Positions 53,735 to 64,000 of a stretch of 64,000 nt of DNA are shown piece after piece. Origin of the DNA: the human T2T-CHM13v2.0 reference genome, Homo sapiens. The stretch lies in assembly GCF_009914755.1 (NCBI RefSeq), contig NC_060925.1, one strand, 5' to 3'. How positions within the stretch are numbered: the first letter of the stretch is position 1; every line of letters begins with the position of its first letter. A program made the position numbers and the translations under genes. The notes under the pieces were generated by a model. It was given only the letters and a program-made list of their open reading frames with translations, was not told where the DNA came from and ran no database searches.

Positions 53735-55426
53735 TGTTTTCTTCTCTTAATGACCTTTCCTTTGTGGAGTTCATTCATTCTCACTGGTAAGATGTCGTTT
53801 TGATGGAAATCATACCAGACAGGGATTTGGGACAGACTCTTGAACCCAATTCACAGGCTTGTGTCTCAACTTCCCAGGAACTCAATTTTTTTCATTCAGA
53901 TCTAAAACATTGAAGGTAAAACATTTCAGGTGTAAAACACTGTTATCCCTGAAATCTTTGTCTCTGATCCTTCTTACTATTTTCAAGTAGCCATTCCACT
54001 GCTTTTAAAAATCAATGTAAGTAAAACCAAGTGCTTCCTTTTACTTCTCCTAAGGCTTTGCTTTCCAATGGCTCCATTATTACTTTTTCCATTCATAGGT
54101 CCCCTCCTTGACTATATGGTTGCCCACATTTCTTAATTTTCATTAAATATTGTTTCAATTATTGTACTCAGCTCCTCCAAAAACTTGATTAACTTCATTT
54201 TGTTTGCAACATTTTAATTAATTCTTATTTTCTCATTTTCAATACCCTTTTAATCTGGCCCCCATGTCAAGTACGTTTTCTACTTCTACTCTCTGTACTT
54301 CTAAAGCTATTTCCCTAAATGCTTGGAAAATGCCTCATGTTTGTTTCTACTTCTGTAGCTTTGCTCGTATCTTTCTCCTGTCTGAAATTATCCCCAATTC
54401 CCCCTAGCTATCAAAATACTGTTTATTTAAAAACCCCTTCCTCCAAGAAATCATCTCAAACTCATCCTTGTCTTCACTTTGACTCTTTCAAAACTCTTAT
54501 TCAATGAATGGTCAGCATACCATACAAAATTATAGCTCACAAGAGTGTAGAGTTTACATCTTAGGATTCATCTATATGTCATCATGTATGGTTTGCCAAT
54601 TGTTTCATATGGGTGAGGGAATATTTTCAACACCCTAAAGGCATCCTGGGAGAAATTTCATGCCTTTTGGACCTATCATTTGTCAATCACCTCTTGAGTG
54701 GGTCACATATATTAGCAATAATCCTTTTAAAAACTAGATAAATTATTATTATTATTCAAATTTTATAGTCAAAACAATAAAATTCTGAGAGATTCAGTGA
54801 TTGACCCAAATTTACAATGTGAGAGCCAAGAAGTTCCAAATCAATCTATCTCTAAAGCCCAAGCTTTAGCTTGTTGGTGAGTGTAGTAAAGAAACTCAGA
54901 AAATACTCACAGATTAATAAACCATCACGAGCTTTGTGACCCAATAGGGAGCAGGAGAGATATATAATTCAACTCAGGCATTTGAAATTCTTTTATTCTT
55001 AGAGACTGACCTTAAACCTAGTATCGCAATAAGTAGTAGGAACCTCCTCAATAGTGTGAGATGATTCAACAGCTTCAATATTTCACAAATCACATTTGTA
55101 TCAGCTTGTGACTTGCTGGACAATCTAATGGTGCCTTGGTCTCATCATACACACTGGGTAAATTCATGTTTTCACACTAGACCATCTGTTCTGTGCTATG
55201 AATAAAGAGGTAGAAAAAATAAAAATCAAAACTTCACATTCATAAGTGCACAAATATGATGCATTTTATTTGTGGAAAAAATACCATTTCATCTGATAAA
55301 ATAATGGAATTAAAATATTTGGGATAAATTTTAATTAGGTGAATAAAACTGAAGTGTTGTGTGTTTATATGTCTGTGTGTACACACACTCCTGTAAATCA
55401 GAAGCTGGGTGTCAGATTCTGTTTAG

Positions 55427-55726
<300 letters not shown>

Positions 55727-56420
55727 AGATCCATTTTTTATATTAGGATCCACTAGCCTACATTTCAGATATGTCACCCATGAATATATTTAGTTTGAAA
55801 AAGGAAATGAATTGTGACCACAGAAAACATTGCTTTCTATTTTATTTGCCAGCATTGAGAACAAGGTAAGTGTGAAAACTCAAAGTGTGCATAAGATTGT
55901 TCATAATGCTGACCCTTGGGAGAGCAATGAGAGAGGAAGCAACACAGCAGAGAGGCAGGACCCCGGCTCAGCCTGAGCCACCACACCTGGGACACGGCGA
56001 TGCTGGCCAGCTTTCTCCATTCACTGTCTTGAAATGACCACATCATTATTTCTAAATTAAGGAACATAATTTATGTAACTCATGGGACTCTTTTGGAACA
56101 AATGGCACTGAGACAAAGTTCAGACCAATGTTCTAAGAAATTTAACTTCCCTGAGAAACAAACTATAATAGAAAAACTCTGTGTATTCATTTGAATAAAC
56201 ATTCATTGAACACCTATTCTGGGCCAAGTGCTATATTAAATGCTGTTGATAGAGGAAAACTAGCAAGACTGGACTTTATCCTCAAGGATTTCACAGTATA
56301 AGTGAGAAATTAAGCCTTCAGTTATAATGTGAAGTGTACTCCGGAAAAAATGTACCAAAGAAACGTGTAAAGGAAGATTAGAAAACTAAGGATGAGGAGC
56401 TTACCTCTAAATGCAGTTGG

Positions 56421-56735
56421 GGCTGGGCACGGTGGCTCACGTCTGTACTGCTAGCATTTTGAAAGGCCAAGGAGGGTAGATCTCCTAAGGTCACGAGTTC
56501 AAGACAAGTCTGGCCAACATGGTGAAATCTTGTGTGTACTAAAACTACAAAAAAATTATCTGGGCATTGTGGCATGTGCCTGTAATCCCAGCTGCTAGGA
56601 GGCTGAGGCAAGAGAATCGCTTGAACCCGGGAGGCAGAGGCGACAGTGAGCCAAGATCTTGACACTGCACTCCAGCCTTGGCGACAGAGTGGGACTCCAT
56701 CTCAAAAAATAAAAATAAATAAATAAATAAATAAA
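56421..56735 (+). mobile_element. AluS
   Basis: Full dimer with (TAAA)n tail. Confidence 0.93.
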
Positions 56736-57872
56736 TGAATGTGGTGGGAATTTGAACTGAGCACTGACTTATGAATAAAGATAACTCATGAGTAAAGATA
56801 TATTACTACTGACTTATGAATAAACTGACTGACTTAGGGTCAGTTTATTATTGGCTTATCAGTGAAGAGAGTTTCCTAGAGTTTACTAACATATTTATAG
56901 TGAAATATATATATTGCAGAATAGTTTATGATAGTTACCATTACCGTGCACCAAGTTCAGTGTTTCATGCCCACACATGATTAAAATGGTTTTTGAAAAA
57001 GTTAGATATCCATTTTGGGGGATATAGGGAGGTAATAATCTATTTGTAGACTACATTATGGCAAAACAGTTTAACATTCTCACAAAAAAATGCTGTATGT
57101 ATGATTAGCAAGAGAAAACAGTTTCAAGATCTTAGTAATTATGATCTAGTATAGGAATTGAATCTACTGTCAGAAGATTAAATTGAAATGCCAAGTTTGT
57201 TAGTAAGATCTAAGACCATGAGCACGTTATCCCTCTGTTATGTGGTTTTATGTTATCATCATTAAAATTATGTAATATCTATATTGAAGGGTAAATTATG
57301 AGGAGAAAGAGAGGGAGAGAGAGATCTTACATATAAATCTCTTTTTGTATATTTGGCAAAATTAAAAATACTATATTGCTTTCCACCTCCTAAAACCTGA
57401 TGCTATTTTTGGAAGCAGATTAATTATTTTGCAAGATGAACAGATCATAAGTTTCTTTCATTTATTAAAATTAATTTATTAAAATATCACATACTAGGTA
57501 AATGTTTTTGCCAAATATTTGAAATACAAAATGTTTAAAACTGAAGGTGCGATATCAGTATCCAGCTGAGTGGACCATTCTTACTCATGAATAACAGAGG
57601 GGGCAAGCAGAACATTCGTGAATCACTTCTCCTGTACTATATAAACATTAGTACTTTCTGCTTTCAAATTTAGAAGAGAACAGAGGCCTGCATCTCACCT
57701 ATGAAGCAAATGGGAAATGTGGGGAAATGGGTGTGAAAGAGAATGAAGTAAGCTGCAAACAAAGTTTTATTCTTAAGACTAGGTTTAACACATAATAATA
57801 ATAAAAGATGTCCCACAACAGTGGGAATAGATCAATTCCCAACCATGAAATTGTTTTAAAAAAACTATTCAA

Positions 57873-58172
<300 letters not shown>

Positions 58173-58859
58173 CGCAACTATTCAATTCCGTCAAGTTGAG
58201 GAATAGAACAAATGTCGCCCATTTCTGGCATTCCACAATTTCAAACCCATGTGTTTTAAATATGGGTTCAGACCTCTTTGCATTCAAGACTCAAACATTT
58301 TGCATAGAATTAATAATTCTCACATTTTCCTGTGAGGGAGAAGGAGGCACAACTGTGCTCATCCACATTTTATAGGGTTGGCAAGATACTGGTGTGATGT
58401 TATCCAAAGCCATAGAGATTGTTGCCAAGACTATAGTTCATATCAGAACTGCAGTGAAAATGCAGTCATTATAATTCTAAGAATTCATTGTAACTGTAAT
58501 TCATCTCAAAATAAAAACAATGTACTTAAATTTTTTCCTGAATAAATATATTCATAAAATAATTTTTTAGCTGACCAACCAGGTTATGCTTGAGTGAAAG
58601 TCTTTTCATAATAAAGTATAGTAAAAATGAAAAATTTTAATATAAAACTACTAAAATTAGAAACAATATTCTATTTCCATCCCAAATATTAGTTGAAGAT
58701 CTTTTATATCCCATTCCACAGCTTCAAATAGTGGAGATACAGAAATTTATGTAACCCTTATGAATTTTAGGGTCCAGTTTGGAGATAATGCATTCATACA
58801 AAGAAAAAGATAACCAATGATACAAGACAGTAGTAATAGATATGATCAATTTTATTCTG

Positions 58860-59060
58860 TCTGCCTACGATATGATAGTCCTAAGTGTTTCCAGTATATT
58901 TTATTGTTTGAATCTCACATCTGCCTTTTAAAATACATCTTTATACTGCGGTAATCCAGATAAAGAAACAAGCTCAAAGAGGTTATGTAGTTTGCCTAAA
59001 GCGCTATAGCTAGAAGTTGTAGAGCCAAATTCGGAAACCAAGTCAGTTGGATTCAGTCTC
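58860..59060 (-). mobile_element. MIR
   Basis: CAGATAAAGAAACAAGCTCAAAGAGGTTATGTAGTTTGCCTAAAG...AGCTAGAAGTTGTAGAGCC. Confidence 0.7.
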
Positions 59061-62000
59061 ACTGAACCCTAAGAAGTATTTACAGTAGATTCTGCCTGAC
59101 ATTAAAAGAATGAGAGATGGGTTGCTACCGAGGCCTGAATTTAGCTCCTACAAATAGATAGGAGAAAGATATAGAAGACATTCTAGGTAGAGTTAAACGA
59201 GAAAAAATATGAAGCCCCCGCTATGAGATAACTTCAGCCCCTTGGAATGAATGTCCACACAGCTGGGGAACCTTAGGATTAATAATCAAAGATCAGGCAA
59301 AGAGCCTCAACGGTAAACGTTGAAATAGACCAATGTTAATTTATAGACACGTTGATTTGTTTGGTGGTAGTAAAGCTGAGTGGTGGGGAACATTATGAAG
59401 GAAGTACCCTGCAGGTCTTGGTGGCTGAGTCAATAAAAAAGGGAGAAAATAAAATTGGTCAAATGTTCCCACTTTCTGTCCCTTCCTCTGCTGTGCATTT
59501 ATTCTTCTTTTGTTCTAACCAAAGAGATATTTGTAGGGTTCTAGAGAAGTCACTTCAAACCATTGGCCTTAAAATATTCACCTAAACAATGAGGGGTTTT
59601 GACTAAAAGATCGCTAAGGACCCTTCTAGCTGCACATTCAAATGATGTTTTGCTTATGGGCATCCAATAAATAATTATTAAATAATATTTAATAAATAAT
59701 TCTTGAATAAACGGACCCCTACTTTCCGCATGGGAATTTATTATAACTTCCTAAATGTAGGACACAGAAGCAAGTATAAGGAGACTACTGGTAATGATGA
59801 CTGTATTTTAGAGCACTGCAAATTTTTTACCTTTTGATGAGCAATATAAATTAGAGGAGAAGAAGAAAGATGTAAAATTTCACATTCAACAGGGGAAAAT
59901 AAACGACAAAAACAATATTCATTTCAAAATAGGCATTTTTCTTTTTGTAGCTTCAATGGGCTTGCTGGGCAAATCTGCTCCTATCAGTAGTAAATGTCAC
60001 TCAAAAAAAGGCACTATATGATTGACAACATAGAAAAAAAGCTGATGAATTATTCACCAAAGCACTAAGATTCACAGCCTATAGTAAAACAATTTACAAT
60101 TAAAAAAATTATGAGAGTCAAAGTCTTCTTCACAAAGTGTAAGCCTATTTTTGTAACTAACAAAACTCAAATGCTGAAATAAAATAGAAAAACATCACAA
60201 TAATCTCATGAATTTTTCCCTGTGAAAACGGAGCTGACATCTCAAAGGCTTACGTAGACTTTTTTCTAAAGATAAGGCTGTAGATGTTTTTAAAACAGCC
60301 TCTGAGAGAGATGTCAGTGTTCTTTAAGTGTGGTTTCAAGAGGATTTTAAGGAAAGTTAATACAAAAAATCTTTAATAGAAAAAAAGAATGTTGGCTGTG
60401 TAATAGCCAGCAAAATTTTAGTCATCAAATATAGCAATTGAAGTGGAAAAATTGAGTCAGGGAGAACATTTAGTATTATCCTTTTAATAACATTGAAGAC
60501 ATTTGGGGTTTACTCAATCTCTCCATATTGGGTTAGCAGAGGCTCAATGAGTGTGCTTTGCAAATGTGACCTCTTAGATCAACTAGAATAATTTTGATAC
60601 CTCTATCATTGGTTAAGAATAATATTGGACAACGGATGCATTTGCACAGACTCAAATCCGTTTACATTGCTAAAGTATCAACCCAAAGGTCTTTTCTTAT
60701 AAAAAGTATTCTGTCCATTCTTAAACATGAAGGGTGACATGTTCCATAGCAGTGATCTAAACAAGACCTGTAAGAGTCACCTCATATATAGATCAAATAT
60801 ATATATGCAGATTTTGGAGTGAAAGTGCCAAGAGTAAGGTAAATAATGATTAGATTTCTGCATAACTATTGCTGGTTTAAATGATGTGTGTTTTGGTGGG
60901 AACTATGACTTAGATTTTCTCTCTTACAAACTTTCATAATACCTCTAATTACATAAGAGAATTGAATTAAAGGAGAAGTCTCTTTTCCCTCTAATTAATC
61001 TCATGTCCGCCTTCTTTCATTACTTTGTCTACTGATTAACAAAATTAGTCTTTGTTACAGAGAAGAGTATAATATATAATTGAAGTTATACTTTTTTCCA
61101 TCCAAAATAGCAAGGAAAAGCAAAACAAGCAGCACATACTCTGTAGTGCATGATTTCATTTGCAGAAGTTGGATTATTTTCTGTACTTTGTGTAACTGTT
61201 ACTGAAGCCTTCAGCCTTAATGTGATCATGCAAGGAAATACTATTTTTCAATGGAATAGAGAAGTAACACTATTATTGCTCTTTCCATTCCAGTAGAAAC
61301 CTACCCAGGCCACATCAGCAATCTAGTCCTTCACTTGTATGTTCCTTCCTCGAGAAACAAGAATGTTAACCCAAAGTTGTTGATAAACTATTATTTCTAG
61401 TTTATCGTTTACAAAAGTTAATCTCAAATCATTACACAGAAATAGCAATGATAGCAGTATCATGTGTTAGTTAGCCTCTACCATGTTATGGCACTGATCT
61501 ATACACGGTAGTATTGACATGTTTGGTAGTCACAGCTCATTGAGTAGCTAAGAAACTGATTAGGTAAGTGATGTTACACAACTACATGATACAATCAGAA
61601 CGTAAACCTGGCACTCAGGTTCAAATTCTAGAAAAGTCACTGTTTATGCTGCAATCGGTAGCTTCAGCCAAATATCAGCATTCTAAGGCCCGAAAACTAC
61701 TTTTCACCTTCACAACAGTAAAACTTTCAAGCTAGCATTCTAAATTAAGACTAAAAGGAACATTTAAAAATGAGTGTGTTTATTTTTATTTACTTTTGAA
61801 GGGGAAGAAGTAATCAGGAGTGTATTGTAACATAGTGAGGATCATAAAACATTTTGGCTTCTCATAAGTATCTGAAAACCAGAAAATTAATTTAAAAAGA
61901 ATTCCAAAATGTATGGTTATAAGAACTTTTGTAAACACTCCATTCTTCAGGTTTTGTTTCTGTGGACTTTCTAACATAATAAATAGACCACCTCCTCTAT

Positions 62001-62152
62001 AACTTGGAAAAATACACTTTAAATAAACTAGATAAAACAAGTTTGCATTTTTAGTAGAATGCTTGAAATCATGTTTTCAATTTAGGCTTCACTTCTGATA
62101 AAATATCATATTGGCCATCACAAATTCAGAGACTCAAGTTAGAGTTCCACTA

Positions 62153-62460
62153 GCCAGGTGCAGTGGCTCATGACTGTAATCCCAGCAGTACAGGAGGTAG
62201 AAGCAGGCAGATTGCCTGCGCTCAGGAGTTCGAGACCAGCTGGGCCAACATGGCGAAATCCCATCTCTACCAAAAATACACAGAATTAATCGGGTGTAGT
62301 GGCGCATGCCTGTGGTCCCAGCTACTTAGGAGGCTGAGGTGGCAGGATCACTTGAATTCCAGAGGCAGAGGTTGTAGTGAGTTGAGGTGACACCACTGCA
62401 TTCCAGCCTGAGTGACAGAGTGAGACCCCATCTCAAAAAAAAAAAAAAAAAAAGAAAAAA
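62153..62460 (+). mobile_element. AluJ
   Basis: Full dimer, GCTCAGGAGTTCGAGACC and GGATCACTTGAA; degenerate TSD AGAGTTCCACTA / AGAACTCTACTA. Confidence 0.93.
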
Positions 62461-64000
62461 GAACTCTACTAAAGTTTCCATATCTTTTCGAGTTTGTATT
62501 CTTGGCCTAAGATATTTCAAATCTAAAGAGATAAAAAATTACATAATTGGCCAATGTAAGCTTCATTTCTAGTATCACTTCCAACTATTTCTATTGAAAT
62601 TGGACAAAGAAAACAAATAGTAAAAATAGCTACAAAAAATGATTCTGGGGAAATGAAGTTATTCGGGGCCAGTCTACAATAACGAAAAAAAAAAAAAAAA
62701 AAAAAGAAACCAGTCCTAACAAGGAAGAATTTTAGTGAAAATAGGAGTTACATATTCATCAATAGTCGCAGACCTCCATGGTCAAAGCCTTGTGGATTAT
62801 ATTGTTTACTTTTTAAAAGATTGTTTCTGTTGGAGATAAAAAGAGGACCAAAACCATTTGAAGGTAGAATTCCAGAGGGCTGAGAAACAAACACAGCACC
62901 ACTCATATAATCCTGATTTGGTGAAATAAATTATATTTTATGCTAAGTAGTATTTTCATTATTTCTTGCTTATGAGAAATACTTCAAGCTAGCTCACCCT
63001 AAATGATTTCATGTGCAAGTCATTGAAACGTCATTGAAACCTCTAGCCCTAAACACTATCTTCCAAATATGTCACAAGAATCTAGAGGGAATTAAATAAA
63101 ATTTCTTTTCAATGATTTTTTTAATTATTGGATTTACTATCTCTTATGCAATACTAGCTAAAACATCTTCTGTTAACTGGCATGCAGGCAGATATTAGAG
63201 GAAAAGTAATTGAGTAATGACTTTTTAAATGAATCTAACCATGTTCTTACCTAATATAATTTAATAAATACTTATTGTCTTGTGCTTATTAGAGGAATCA
63301 TTCAAAGGCTTTGCCAGTATCTAAAATCTAAAGGAAATTCTAAAGGTATGAGTCTACCATGCTTTGTTTAGTACTTTTATGATGACTGTGGACTATTTTA
63401 ATGTGGGTCAGCCAAAAAGTGACCCTTCCATATCTAAAACTCCGCATACAATAATGTCAGGAATAAATGCTAAGTGGAATAACCAACAGGAAGACTCCAC
63501 TATTAAATAGGAGTCTAGCTTCACTGCATATCTGAAAAAACATATTGGCAGGTCTACCTGCAAGAAAACTATTTAGTTTTGTCATCTGATTTTACTAAAG
63601 TCAGAAATGTGGCATCACACAGTGGAATGAAAAATACCTCCCATTTAATTAAATATCCTGTTGGTCAAGTATATGTCCACACTAAAGCATTATTCAATAT
63701 ACAAAGCACTGGTTTTTACTGTTGTACATAAATAGCCATAGAGAAAATTGTATGATTAATTAAATGTGCTATATAGTGACTCGCTGTGGCTAAATAAATA
63801 ACCTTTGTCTATGCAGAAAATTTACACATTAGCAACAAATGATGCAAAATAGATGTGGGAAATCAGAAACCAAAATTTTCACTTTTCCTGGTTACAGTAT
63901 AGAGTGTCAATAGTTCATACACATGCTACATTAAAACCTTTGTTATTTCTTCCAAAGAAACATTAGGAAAGTCTTAAGTTTTATAAATAGCATGGAAACA

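Noticed and set aside
59660-59705. AT-only palindrome
   Set aside because: Low complexity; expected by chance in AT-rich DNA.

Overview
AT-rich, repeat-dense primate genomic DNA, probably human or great ape (AluY/AluS/AluJ, L1PA, THE1/MST present). It looks intergenic or deep-intronic. I could not support any protein-coding gene, RNA gene or CpG island; the ORF-track entries are Alu, L1, LTR or microsatellite translations, or chance ORFs. The window holds about 18 Alu copies or fragments, young and old L1 pieces, L2/MIR relics, MER30 and MER5A DNA transposons, several MaLR/ERVL LTRs, and decayed ERVL gag and pro-pol fragments. Most notable: (1) a ~2 kb GC-richer block (21.2-23.3 kb) that reads as a heavily decayed Ty3/Gypsy-type gag + zinc knuckle + protease, with a candidate primer-binding site and a CTCF-like motif; (2) a ~50-bp unique unit present three times, twice direct and once inverted, around palindromic microsatellites (11.55-11.88 kb); (3) a 62-bp non-tandem duplication 2.36 kb apart; (4) several atypical retroinsertion structures. 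I do not see convincing evidence of a wholly new biological system. Subfamily names come from recalled consensus sequences and boundaries of old repeats are approximate.
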